From Lama glama (taxonomy: Eukaryota): a stretch of 64,000 nucleotides of DNA. The DNA is taken from positions 19,780,001 to 19,844,000 of the forward strand of contig CM052817.1 in the NCBI GenBank assembly GCA_028534125.1, written 5' to 3'. Under the pieces are notes generated by a model. It did not search any database and was not told the DNA's origin. It saw nothing but the letters and a program-made list of their open reading frames with translations. A program made the translations under genes and the position numbers. Shown here piece after piece: positions 51,432 to 64,000 of this stretch (positions within the stretch are counted from its first letter, which is position 1; each line of letters begins with the position of its first letter).

Positions 51432-51742
51432 GTTATGGTAGGCATAATAACGGTTCCCTAGAGATGTCCACAGCCAAATTCCTGAAGGGTATGATTATGT
51501 TACCTTACATGGCAAAGGGGAATTAAGTTTGCAGATAGAATTAAAGTTGATGAGCACCTGACTTAAAGCTGGGATATTATCCTGGATTCTGTAGGTATGC
51601 CCAGTAAGGTCAGAGTGATGTGATATGAGACGACTCAGTCTGCTGGCGCTGGCCTTGAAGAAAGAAAGGGAGTCAAGAGCCAAGGAATACAGATGGTTTC
51701 TCGAAACAGGAAAGGACAACACAACAGCTTCTCCTGGAACTC
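51432..51742 (+). mobile_element. MLT1D-like LTR, 5' part
   Basis: TATGGTAGGCATAATAACGG..TATGTTACCTTACATGGCAAAGGGGAATTAAGTTTGCAGAT..GAGCCAAGGAAT. Confidence 0.85.
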
Positions 51743-51744
51743 AT

Positions 51745-52140
51745 GGATAAGCAGGAAGAATGGCACAGCAGAAGAGACAGAGCAGGGAAGCCCTGAGCTT
51801 CTGCCACATACCTTGCCTTGTGCATCTCTTCCATCTGGCTTTTCCTGAGTTATATTGTTTTATAATAAACTGGTAATCTAGTAATTAAATGGTTTCTCTG
51901 AGTTCTGTGAGCTAGTCTAGAAAATTAATTGAACCTGAGAAGGGTTTGTGGGAATCTATGATTTTATAGGCATTTGGTCAGAAGCACAGGTGAGAAACTG
52001 GGCTTAAAATTGGTGTATGAAGTGGGAGTAATCTTGTGGAAATGAACCCTTAACCTGTGGGATCTGATACTATCTTAAGGAAGACAGTATCAGAATTGAG
52101 TTAATTGCTTGATGGCTTTGGGAAAAACACATGTCAGAGC
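51745..52140 (+). mobile_element. MER21-like LTR, 3' part
   Basis: CATACCTTGCCTTGTGCATCTCTTCCATCTGGCT, CTGAGTTCTGTGAGCT, TGGTCAGAAGCACAGGTGA, CCCTTAACCTGTGGGATCTGA. Confidence 0.85.
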
Positions 52141-53769
52141 AGGAAAAAATAAGAGAACAAACAATTTGAAGCTAAAGCACTATTGGAGATCAGATGGAGA
52201 TCAATTTGAAGCAACGCTGTTAGAAGAAATACTTGCAATTAAAGAAATATAAGTTGATACACAGATTTTGGATATAAACCCATGTTTTCAGCATTTTTTG
52301 CTAAGAAAGCTGTGCTTTTAAATTTCTGTTCAATATGTTACCTGGTACCCAGAACACTCCATCCAGAAAGGAATCTGGAGACCTGCTGTGGATAGTGATA
52401 ATGCATTTTGAAAGAACATTAAATTCTTTATAGTTTAAAATTAATTGGAGTATTTTCTTTTCTATTTAAAAGAGTAATAAAGATTTGAGAAAACCAGAAA
52501 ATAGTTTAAAAATTTCAGCAAAATATTTCACTGCCTTCAGCCAAAACCTGCACAAAAAAAGGAATATTCTACTTTGTATTTTTGTGACTGATCATCCTAT
52601 TTCTACGATTTACATGTTCACAATTATATGATTCCAAAACATGGTGGTAAAACTCATGAAAGCACTCTAAACATTTACTTCAATTTCAAAAACCTACAGT
52701 GATGGTAGAGGCTGCCTTTAACCAAACAAATATCTGCTCAAATTCCCATTGTCATTCAACTCTTAAATTATATTTTATTTAACATACTGTCTTTGCATAT
52801 TATTATATTATTGTTATAATTATGGTTATTTGTAGTTGTAGTTTTATTTTCCCAGTAGTGCCTTTTGCAATTCTTGTGTCATACTGAAAGAAAATATTTA
52901 TTATTTTGTGTACCACGTTTTGACAAAATTTAATAAATATTTTGATAACTAAAAATGCTTTTGCTAATTTCAAGTTTTATTCTAGAGCAATTATACTTCC
53001 TGTAGGACTAATTTTTTCTTACTAACATATATTTTATTTGCTGCCAGCATTTTTAAGATTCAAAATGATCTATCATCTCTCTTTTCACTTACTCAATAGT
53101 TCATCACTTTAGGCTGGGCATCATTTATTTATAGAAAAGAAAATCATATCCTGAGGCACTATATCACAAGAAGCTTTAAAGATTAAATGACAAAAATGGT
53201 AAGAACAAGAGGAGATATGAAAATAAAACTACTGAAAGAGAATTTTCATTATATGAATGTATTAAACTGTCATGTTTGCAAGCCTCTTTGATGTTCACTA
53301 CCACTTACCAACCACATTATCTATATGAAAATTTTATTCATAGTGACTGACTCAACTAAATGACTAGTTTTAAACATGTGTCTTGTATGAAATTTTAAAG
53401 AAAAAATTTTCACTATACTTTTTGATAATCAAGCATAAATCCTTTAAAAAGAGAAGAACACAGAATCTCCTCTATTACATCAGCTGTGTGTGCATATGTG
53501 TGTGTGTGTATTCATAACAGTAGCCTACTTGATATGGAAAACATTCCTTCCTGTGTCCACAGCAGTTCTCTTTGGGTGAAATACAAAATCAATATGCCTT
53601 ATCTAAAATAATCTGAAAACAAACTTTTAGGAAGTCAGTGAAAGAACAAACGGAGGAGAATTTAGAGCCAGATAGGACTGAATAACTATCACAGTAGTCA
53701 TTCACTCAATGAACTTCTGAAATTTATTGCAATCTCTGTTTTCTATCTGTGCAAATTTCCTACATTAAA

Positions 53770-54135
53770 TAAACATAATTTGACTGTTCTATATGCTTGG
53801 GATATAGGAGAAAAAATAAAGATTTTTCCTCATAGTTTTGTATCCTAGTTGTGGGGAAAATTCGATAGGTAGGTAGGTAGATAACTAAATAAAAAGATGG
53901 GCATATATAGATAATTTTTCCCACAAAGTAAATAAAATGTGAATAGAGAAGTAATGGTCAGAGAGGTCAAGTGAAATCTCTTCAAGGAGAAATTAATGAA
54001 GGCCAGAAAAGTGAGCACCAAGTAGGCACACAAAACTCTGGAAAATGAGCCTTTAGGATGAAAGAAGCAGGGAAGAAAACTTCTAAGAAAAGAATGTACT
54101 TGCTGTGGTCTTTGGGGAGAAAGGGAAAAAAATGA
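53770..54135 (-). mobile_element. L2 fragment
   Basis: GCTTGGGATATAGG..CCTCATAGTTTTGTATCCTAG; purine-rich continuation. Confidence 0.4.
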
Positions 54136-55419
54136 CAGTTGAGCCAAAGACACATTCAGAACATACATTTAATCTCAAATGTGATTTGAGAGTTATTAAC
54201 AGAGACATCCTAATTATAAATGTACACAAGAATCTGGAAGTACTGATTTTCTGTAAGTGTTTGACTTTCATTGTTCAAGAACCAATGTTGAAAGGTTTTG
54301 CCCAGGCAGGCTGGAATTATAAAAAGAACGTCATATGCATCAAAGGCAAACAAACTTGGGTTTGACTCTTTTCTGATACCTAATAAGTATATGATCTTTG
54401 GCTTAAAAGGATTAAAAGCCACTTTAAGCAATTTCCATATTTCTTTAAACACACTTTCAATCTCATTTGCCTCTATAAGTAGTATATATTCCTATCTATG
54501 TGATGTAAAGAAGGTTATGCATAAAATATAACAGGAATATTAAGTATGCAAATAAATGTAAATATTGAACACTAACAAAATATTAATATAGTATGATAAG
54601 AAGCATTATAACAATGTAATCATAATACAATTATCCTAAACTTCATTTAGGAGATTTCTAAAGGCAGAGACATGTGGGCAAATCTTATACACAAAATTAA
54701 ATAAAACTTTGGTTTTCTATACTCCCTTTGTTTAGAAGAACTTAGAAAAATCAGGAATCAGGTTATTCTCTTAAAAATAGTTCTAATCTTATGAATTTTA
54801 TGAAGATATTTAGTTATCTCAATTTGCATTTTTCTCACCTACCCAAATTAATTTCATAATCGACTTATACTGTGCATTATATTAACAAGTTTTGTACAGA
54901 GATATTTGTGTGATGTGAATATTATTGACCTCATAATATCAGCCTGCAGTAGCACGAAACTAATTAAAATAAATGGAAGTAGAAAAAAAATCTGATGTTT
55001 TTAATGACCACGTGGAAATTTTTAAGCCTCTGTAACCTTATTTGTCTCTTAAATAGCTGTGATATTTAACATCATCTTGTAGGTTCATATTTTTTAATGT
55101 GATGTTCTAGCTATAAATTTCCATAAAAAACTATATCAAAGAATTTAAATATTCAACAATAGGTGGACATAATTTCTTTTCCATATAAATATGAGTGTTG
55201 ACTATAGTTAGACTGTAACTTTTCTACCATTGGGAGAAATGTGGGATAGATACATTTTGTCTCATGCTTTAGGGTCATTTAATAAATGGAGGGGACTGAA
55301 TGATACTGTAGATCTGAAATTTGAGTTGTTTGCAATAATTGCAGAGACTTTGGATCTGTCCTCTTGGGGAGGAGGTGCATATATTCCACTTCTGAAAAGA
55401 ATAGAGAATCCAACCTACA

Positions 55420-55830
55420 AGAGAAGACCATAGCTAAATCCAGCGACATGCTCCCCAATCCCATTTTCTCCTGCAGGGTCTACGAGATGACTATTTTACC
55501 TAGCATTTCTTGTCGCTAGTTGTGATCACACTACTAAGCTGTGCCAACGGAATGTACCCAGAATTATGTGTGTCACTTCCAAGCGCGGCCCTGAAAATCA
55601 GTCATGAGATCGGCCATGCTTTCTTTCTCTCCCATCACCAATAGCTGGAACTGAAAACTCCCTGATGATGGAGTCACAGAATGGAAAAGGCCTGGATCGT
55701 TGAATGACAACTTGGAGAGGAATAGGCAGGATGGTTATCCAATCTGTACTCAATTTGCAAGCATAAGACATTGACTTTAACATTTAAATCTGTAATATTT
55801 TGGGGCATATTTGTGACAGCATCTTTCTCA
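55420..55830 (+). mobile_element. MaLR LTR (MLT1I/J-like)
   Basis: GCCAACGGAATGTACCCAGAATTATGTGTGTCACTTCC, GGCCTGGATCGTTGAATGAC, ATATTTGTGACAGCA. Confidence 0.7.
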
Positions 55831-56115
55831 ATAGTTGAAAGAAAGGTAGAATTCTAGCTTTCGAGAAGGAGGGTACTGTGCATATATTTTTCATTTTTGT
55901 ATCCAGAATGTCTTCCAAAATTCCTGACTCACAGTGGGTGATCAATCATTTTGTGACTGACAGAATGTATAGATGAATGTCTTGAAAAGGTACATTTGAT
56001 TAAATAAATGTCACCCCAGCACAATCTGGGTTTGTTTCAGATTTAGGTTCAGATATAAGCTAATTTATTCTTTGTAAACAAACCAATGACATTAAAATAA
56101 AACACATAAAGATTT

Positions 56116-56604
56116 GGTATTAGTGTCCTATTGCTGTAACAATTTGCTGTAACAAATTACCATACACTTAGTGATGACACACAGATTTATTGTTTTACAG
56201 AGTTATAGGTCGGAAGTCTCACTGGCCTAAAATCAAGGTGCCAACAGGGCTGAGTTGTTTCCAGAGGCTCTTGAGAAAATCTGTTTCTTTGCCCTTTCAA
56301 GCTTCCAGAGGCTGCCGATATTCCTTGGCTTATGGCTCCCTTCCTTTACCTTCAATGTTCCCAACAGAAGATTCAGTTCTTACATCATGTTAATCTGACC
56401 TCCTCTTCTACTTTTCTTTTCGAATTTTAAGGATCCTTGGGCTACACTGGGCCCGGTTACATAGTCCAAAATATTCTCCTTACTTTAAGGTCAGCTGATT
56501 AGCAAATTTAATTCTATCTGTAAATTTAATTCTCCTTTGCCACTCTAGGTAACTTATTCACAAATCAGAAACATCATTAAAAGGCCATTATCCTCTCTAC
56601 CACA
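56116..56604 (-). mobile_element. MaLR LTR (MLT1D-like)
   Basis: GTATTAGTGTCCTATTGCTG start, AAAATCAAGGTGCCAACAGGGCTG, TTAAGGTCAGCTGATTAGCAA, end ATTATCCTCTCTACCACA. Confidence 0.85.
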
Positions 56605-57324
56605 GTTCTTTTATATATAAGTAACAGTTTATTATATTTAATGAAATTTGTAAAATGCTGCAATCAAGAATTTTCATCGGAAGCCACAGATTTCTACAGG
56701 ACACATCAATCTAATTTTATTGTTTTCCATTCTTGCATAGACTGAAACAGTTAAGGAGGTAAAAAAATGGAAGTTCTGCTTCAAATTCATTTGAACATAT
56801 TTGGAGTCACCCAGTTATAAAGGATCAGTGGAGTTAGTGAATTTTCCATCTGTTCTTACTTAATCAACTACATATTTATGCCCTTGAAACAGCTGAAATA
56901 GTCTCTTGCTGGAGGCTGCAATGTACCTTTGTAATGCAGGAGAAGATTTTGAGATATTTTTAGTTCCTCTTGAATGGTCTAAAAGTGTCTGGAGTGACAT
57001 GAGATTTCACCTTCATCCTTGTTCACTCAGAAAACTGTCTAGCTTGGGGCAAATGGGATATATTCCTTCACATTGCTAACACTGTCGAAGAGTCAAATGA
57101 TGAAGGGTCCTACAGATTTTGTTCTTCAATTCTCCAAATCCCATGCTTATATCGTGGCTTTTTTTTTTTCACCAGAAAAAGATCAGTCTCATAAAACAAA
57201 ACCACCTCAGATTTCCTAGTCACTAGCACTTCCTGATACGGGACATTTGATTTTGCAAGCTGAAATCTATCCCATTTTCTATTTCTCCTTTTCATCACTT
57301 TTTTTCAATTCCTCATATTAACAA

Positions 57325-57554
57325 AGAAAACAAAACAAAACAAAACAAAAACAACTAATATTTGGTTATTTATCCATTGGTAAGTTAAAACTTTCAAAAA
57401 AAAAGGTTTAAGTTTGAGTTTGAGTTTGAGTATTCCTGGGAACTCTCATTTTCTCTCCTTTGAACATGACTAATTTAAGTTCCAATTACCTAACATTTAT
57501 AATATTTGGCATCATTTTTTTTTGATCATGATCATGATCATGATCATTTGATCA
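57325..57554. repeat. Cluster of short tandem repeats: (CAAAA)n, (TTTGAG)n, (TGATCA)n
   Basis: Directly visible at about 57326-57352, 57407-57431 and 57523-57554. Confidence 0.85.
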
Positions 57555-58769
57555 CCTCTTTGAATGCTATTGCTAAGACCACTGAATTTAAGGCTATATC
57601 AATAATGCCACCTGGAGACTGAGTTTTTATCTCATCTTCTTAAGACAGTCAATGTTATCCTGATTGACACTCAAGGTCTAAAGGAATAACAGAGGAGTAA
57701 ACCACTTGAAAGTGAAATACAAGTCAAAAATAAACTGAACACATCTTCCAGAGAGCTTTGAGACAGAAATTCTGCAAAGGACAAACAACCTCCAAAAGAG
57801 TGAGCACTGAAATAATGAGAATGGGAAAGTGTCATCTGACTATTAGCTGAAGTCTCCTCCTTCAAGGAAAGCAGGTTTCTAAGGTCAAGTCTAGAGAGAA
57901 ACAACATTTGAGCTCACTAGCCAGATTCTCCATTGGAAAGCCGATTGTTGGCAGAAAAGTGGGGAGAATATAAAAGAATCAGTGCCAAGGGCTAGGAATA
58001 AATGTCACTTAGAAAAATGATCAGGAAATATGGAAGGGCTACAGAAAAGACAATTTAGAATTCCTGTCAGAGATTAAGTTCTGCTGATGAAATTTTGAGC
58101 TCCACCATATTTTGCAATACCGGAGTGGACTTTCTGTGTTTCTTTAAGTTGACAGTCCCAAGCCATTTGTATATCCTTTTGGTTTCTTCGTGTTATCCTC
58201 CACAGAAAAGTAAACAGGGTCTAATCCCATGATTTACAAAGCAAATCAGAAGATAGCACTTAGGCTCACAAAGACTTGTTTGGTTAGTCATTTGAGAGCT
58301 ATTTGCATTAATGTGGACATCTGACACTGTCAAATTCAGCCTGCTTTAGTCTATCTTTAGATATATTCTTATTAGAAGGGTTACTCTGGGAGATAATGTC
58401 AGAAAGAAAAAAAATTATTATTTTTCTCTCACAATTTTTTTTTTGCATTATTAAGAAGAGGAATGCTAAGCTTGGCTATCTACTCACAAAAATTGAACTT
58501 CTAACTGGCAAATTGTCTATAACAGAACTCAACCTTAGAAGGGAAAAAATATAAATAGAAATTTTATTTTTAAATCTCTAAAAAATACTAATCTTTGCTA
58601 TCTTTCTCAGTGATCTCTGGTCTCAGGAACAATTTATTTCAAAGCCTCTATAAAAAATTCTTTGAGTCTTTCCTTATGGGATATACTTCCAAACTGAGAT
58701 CAAAATATCACTCTTTACTTTTTTTATTATTGTTGTTTCACACATTATAGAGAAGGTAGATGGAAATAA

Positions 58770-58975
58770 CATGCTTTGAGACTCGACCGTGTAAGAAGCA
58801 TATTGGTGGTTATTATAATTAATCCTCACAATCGCCCAGTGATACTGTATATTGCTATACCTATTTTAAAGATAAAGAAACGTACCGAGAAATTAAATGT
58901 TGTGTTGAAGAGTGTGAGTGAAGATGGAAACCAGGTCAACTTGATTTTAAAATTATGCTCTTTTTAAACGCTGCA
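58770..58975 (-). mobile_element. MIR SINE
   Basis: TTAATCCTCACAAT..TATACCTATTTTAAAGATAAAGAAAC..GAGAAATTAAAT. Confidence 0.6.
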
Positions 58976-59219
58976 CTTCTCTTCTTGAAAAACCATGTTT
59001 CTCTCACCTACACTTTACCCGTCTGTTTATTGTTCTGCCCTGCATATCCTCCCTCAGAAATGGAAAGAGTATCCAAGGCAAGCAGCATTTTGGCTATCCC
59101 ACTGACTTCAAAAGATAAATAATTTGTATTTCTATTTACCAGAATTCCTACGTGATTAACATTAGTCATTAGTGGAGACATATTTCTTTTGTTATTCTTG
59201 GCTTAATATTTCTTTAAAA

Positions 59220-61985
59220 TTTTGAAAATATAATATGTTTCATATCCATTATATACATATATACACATATATATGCGTAGGTATACATATATATGTATAT
59301 ATGTTCTCTATATGTTCTCTAAATATATAAATGATACATATATTATGGAAGTTTATTTATATAGCATCATATATTATATATGTAACATATACAGTTCAGA
59401 ACAATAATGAAAGTAAGATCTATGCACTAAACTCTCCAATTAAGGAATAGAATATTATTAGTGTCTTGGAGGAACTCTTTGAACCAGTCCCAGATACATT
59501 AACTCCCTTCATAGGAAGCTGTCATTTTTTTTCTTTACAGTTTGATCATGCATATAAGCATACCACAACAGACATAAGGTTCAATGGCAGACAATTTAGT
59601 TTTATATAAATTAAGTCATGTTATATTAATTTCTCTGAAACTCTCTTTTCCTTCAAAATTTTATTGGTGACATTCATTATGTTTATCAGTATGTATGATA
59701 TTATGATTTATAAGGAGAAATACAGATTTGGTCTTCTATCTGGTTTCCAGCACAGAGGTCCTAAAACACTTGGAATTTTATAAGTGATGAGAGCAGGGAT
59801 AAAGTTGTCTTTTGTTACATTAATGAGCTGACTTTTGGAAATCCCCTGAAGTTGGGAGACTGCTTGCCAAGGGAACCAACTATAGTTAGAGGATTGAAAA
59901 TCTTAGTCCTTACCTCTCAACTTCTGGGAAAGGCAGAGACTGGAGGTTGAATCAGTTAATAATGGGTAATGATTTAATCAGTCGTAATCAATCACGCCTC
60001 TGTAATGGAACCTCCATAAAAATCTAAAAGGAGTGGGATGGGAGAGCTTCCAGTTAGTGAACCAATCAAAATATATCCACCTGCTGGCCCCACACTTTTC
60101 AAGACAGAAGCTTCTGTGGTCAGGACCTCTCCCTACGTATTTATTCATCCGGTTATTCACTCCTATCCTTTAATTTCCTTTGTAATAAACTGTAGTTTAG
60201 TAATTAATTTGGTTTCTTCAGTTCTGTGAGCTGCTCTAACAAATTAATGAACCCTTGAAAGGGGTTAAGGGAATCTTCAATCCGTAGATAGCTCGTCAAA
60301 AGCACATGCAACAACCTGGACTTGGTGTCTGAAGTGGGGGCAGTCTTGTAGGACTAAGCCTTTCACTTGAGGGACCTGATGCTATCTCTAAGTAGGCCAT
60401 ATCAAAATTGAATGGGAATGTGAGACACCCAACTGATGCGGAGGAGTTGCTTGGTGATGTGAAAAAAAAAAGACATCTCCTACATTCTACTGCCTTATAG
60501 TGATCCAGAATTTAGATGTAGGATGACTGACTTATCTAGTCTCCCATCTGTGGTTTATTACAGAACTTATTGTTCAGACAACACTGCTTCTGTTCTTACT
60601 CCTCGCCCTGGAGCATATAGGTAAGAGTTTCCCTAGGGTATATGTTCAAAGGTGAAATCACTGGCTATTAGATGACACACATATTCGATTTTGTTAATAA
60701 TACTGAGTCTATTTTCTAAAATGGATATACCATTTTACCTTGTATCCAACAATGTGTAAGAATTTCCATCGCTTTATCTACTTGTCAAAATTTGATATAG
60801 CCATTTTTTTCCAATCTGAAGATTTTTTAAGTATTATTTCATCATATTTTTAATTTGCATTTCCTTGATGATGAATGAGTTGATCATACTTAAATCTGCC
60901 TGTTGACCAGCTTGCTTCTATGAATTTTCCGCTTCTATCTTTTGTCATTTTTCTATTGAGTTACCTATTTTTCTTAATGATTTATAGTGATTCTTTTACA
61001 CTATGAACATCACTATTACTTTTATTATGTATTTTTAAAATATCTTCTTTTAGTATCTCTTGATGAATAAAAGTGCTTAATTTTAATAAAATTGATTATA
61101 TTATTTCCTTTAGGTTTTAAATTTTTTTAAATTCTTTAAGAATTTTTATTTATCCAAAAGTAAAAAAAAAAAAGTTAACTTACACTTTCTTAGAACATCT
61201 AACGTTTTGCATTTACAATAAATTTCTTCATCCATCTGAAATTGATTTTTTTATTTATTGTGTGAAGCAAGGATTTATTTTTATTTGTACATGGATAATT
61301 ACTTATCAGCACATATCTACACTATCACTCCTACGTAGATTATCATACACATATTTTCTGTGCCATATAATCAGTTTCCTAAAATGAAGTGCTGTTTCTA
61401 AGTTACCTCTTCTAAGTAATTCTGAATAATGTTCTGGAATATTAGCTTATTCTTGTCAGTGACACTTGATCAAAACTTTTTGATTAATTTAGTGTTTATT
61501 AATGGAAAATTTCTTATTCTTCTCTCTCAATTGTGCGTTAGCTAATTTTGAATTCTCACCTGTTAATGTACATTGTAGCACTAACTTGTACATTTCCATT
61601 AAGAAAAATAATAGGGCTTTTAATTGAAACTTTACTCAAACTATAAATTGGGGGGTAATGAATATCTTTTAATATTAAATATTTCTGTCTTTGACCATTA
61701 TATATCTCTAACTTTACACAAGACTTATTTAAAGTCTCAAAAACTTACAATTTTCTCACAATTGTCTTAAACATATATTATCAGGTTAATTCTAAGCACC
61801 ATTCATTTGTACTTGCAATTGTTATTGGTATCTTAAGTGATGCTACTTAACTTTGTTGCTGATATTTTCCAAACAGTAATCATACCATAAAGAAATGAGA
61901 GTTTTATTTCTTCTTTTTAATCTATACACTTTCTGCCCTACTATGTTAATAAGGTCATCCAAGATGATGTTGAAAAAGTAGGAAA
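59220..61985 (-). mobile_element. L1ME-like fragments (3'UTR and ORF2), interrupted by a MER21-like LTR
   Basis: GAGTTTCCCTAGGGTATATG, CAACAATGTGTAAGAATTTCC, TTTTAATTTGCATTTCCTTGATG, TCCATCTGAAATTGATTTTT. Confidence 0.7.
59692..60490 (+). mobile_element. MER21-like LTR
   Basis: TGTATGATATTATGAT start, CAGCACAGAGGTCCTAAAACACTTGGAATTT, GATTTAATCA..TGTAATGGAACCTCCATAAAA, AGTTCTGTGAGCTGCTCTA. Confidence 0.85.
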
Positions 61986-62242
61986 TTTGAGGCCAAGAGG
62001 AAAAAAAAAAGGAGAAAAAAAGACAGTAAAATGTATAGACACACATGTAAATAATATTAATACAATTTTGAATCTTGAAATTAAAACTTAAATATTATGA
62101 AATTTAGACATTGTTTTCAAAAATGTTAAAACAAAATCAATATAATATAAAATATGTGAAATTTTAATAACTGCTTTGCTAAAAATAATAGAGAAAAAAG
62201 ATAATTGACAATAGTGTTAATGGGACATGAAATTTTTTACAG

Positions 62243-62490
62243 TGTGGTATACAGCCGACATCTGTTAGCATAGAAGATTCATTTTCACTTCCTAATGTGC
62301 ATCTCCATACTGGCATCTAGAAAGCTAAAAAAAAAAAACAAAAAAAGAAAAATGCATTTCCCAAATATCCTTGAAACTTAAATTCTGGGTTTTAAAAAAA
62401 TGAATCAACTTGATGCATTTGTATAAACTTTGCAAAGGGGAAATGAGATAAAAGTCATTTTCTTGCAGTTTTTTCTCTTTTCTGAGAAAA
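62243..62490 (+). mobile_element. LTR33-like ERVL LTR fragment
   Basis: TAGAAAGCTAAAA..TGCATTTCCCAAATATCCTTG..AATTCTGG. Confidence 0.45.
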
Positions 62491-62493
62491 AAA

Positions 62494-62993
62494 NNNNNNN
62501 NNNNNNNNNNNNNNNNNNNNNNNNNNNNNNNNNNNNNNNNNNNNNNNNNNNNNNNNNNNNNNNNNNNNNNNNNNNNNNNNNNNNNNNNNNNNNNNNNNNN
62601 NNNNNNNNNNNNNNNNNNNNNNNNNNNNNNNNNNNNNNNNNNNNNNNNNNNNNNNNNNNNNNNNNNNNNNNNNNNNNNNNNNNNNNNNNNNNNNNNNNNN
62701 NNNNNNNNNNNNNNNNNNNNNNNNNNNNNNNNNNNNNNNNNNNNNNNNNNNNNNNNNNNNNNNNNNNNNNNNNNNNNNNNNNNNNNNNNNNNNNNNNNNN
62801 NNNNNNNNNNNNNNNNNNNNNNNNNNNNNNNNNNNNNNNNNNNNNNNNNNNNNNNNNNNNNNNNNNNNNNNNNNNNNNNNNNNNNNNNNNNNNNNNNNNN
62901 NNNNNNNNNNNNNNNNNNNNNNNNNNNNNNNNNNNNNNNNNNNNNNNNNNNNNNNNNNNNNNNNNNNNNNNNNNNNNNNNNNNNNNNNNNNNN
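62494..62993. other. Assembly gap (500 N)
   Basis: N run. Confidence 1.
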
Positions 62994-64000
62994 GAGAGAA
63001 AGTAAATAAAATGAGATCAAAAAATTGAAACAATCAATAGAACTAAGGGCTGGATTTTTGAAATCATTAACAAAATTGATATGCCTTTAATCACACTTAT
63101 GAAGAAAAAGAGTATCCAAATAAACAAAATTAGAAATGAAAGAAGATAAATTACAACCAGTATCACAGAAATACAAGCAATCATACAAGAATACTATGAA
63201 GAGTTATATAAAGAAGTTGGACAACTTAGAAAAAAATAAATTTCTGGAAACATAACAATTTTCCAAGACTGAATCAGGAATAAATAGATATCTGAAGAGA
63301 CCAATTACTTGTATTGAAATTGAATCAGTAGTCAAAAAACTCCTGACAAAGAAAAACTGAGGACTAGACAGCTTCACAGGGGAATTATATCAATCACGTA
63401 AAGATGGGGTTACCCCTATTCTCAAAATATTCCAAAGCAGTGAAGAGGGGGAAACACTTTCAAATTCTTTCTATGAGGCTATCATTATCCTGATACCAAA
63501 ACTAGACAAAGACACTGAGAAAAGGAAAAAGAAAATCACAGGCTAATATCCTTGGTGAATATAGAAGCAAAAATCTTCAACAAAATATTAACAAACTAAA
63601 TTCAACAATATATATTAATGATTGTACACCATGATCAAGTGGGCTATATTCCAGGGATGCAAGGATGGTTCAATATACACAAATCAATTAATATGTTACA
63701 CCATGTTAACAAAAGGAAGGCCAAAAAAAAAATCACATGATCATTTCAGTAGATGCTGAAGAAGCATTTGTCAAAATTCAACATCTATTCATGATAAAAA
63801 CTCATCAAAATTGGTATAGAGGGAACATATCTCAACATAATAAAGGCCATTTATGGCAAACACACAGCTACCATCACACTTATTGGTGATAAATTTAAAG
63901 CATTTCCTCTAAATCAGGAAAGAGGCAAGGAAGCCCACTCCCATCATTATTCCATTTAACACAGCTTTGGAAATTCTAGCCACAGAAATTGTACAAGAAA
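62994..64000 (+). mobile_element. L1 ORF2 pseudogenic segment (linker/Z domain to RT), runs off the window
   Basis: [51 protein letters not shown] motifs; stops and frameshifts. Confidence 0.95.

Noticed and set aside
43508..54308. Similar QEPML..F.Q peptides at about 43508 and 54276
   Set aside because: Only about 25/33 nt identity with no extension; expected by chance in 64 kb of AT-rich DNA
1..64000. Multi-exon host protein-coding gene or CpG-island promoter
   Set aside because: No recognisable protein, no consistent exon chain and no CpG island; short exons cannot be excluded by eye

Overview
Mammalian nuclear DNA, almost certainly camelid (two tRNA-Ala-derived vic-1-type SINEs, plus younger L1 3' ends of cetartiodactyl type). 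It is AT-rich and repeat-dense, with five assembly gaps (four of 500 N, one of 100 N). I found no intact host protein-coding gene, RNA gene or prokaryotic-type system, so the window looks intergenic or deep-intronic. The recognisable ORFs are decayed L1 ORF2, decayed ERV gag/pol, or N-gap artefacts. Main content: (1) a fossil class I ERV on the minus strand (LTR, tRNA-Leu PBS, splice donor, gag MA/CA, pol tether/RNase H) whose PR-RT region is missing exactly where an L1 sits; (2) three well-preserved solo LTRs with perfect target-site duplications; (3) many ancient MaLR/ERVL LTRs, L1M, L2, MIR and DNA transposon fossils. The most striking observation is an MPMV-CTE-like (NXF1/TAP-binding) RNA hairpin inside the ERVK-type solo LTR at 41070-41738. 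All repeat family names come from recognition by eye and need Dfam/RepeatMasker confirmation. Boundaries of the ancient elements are approximate.
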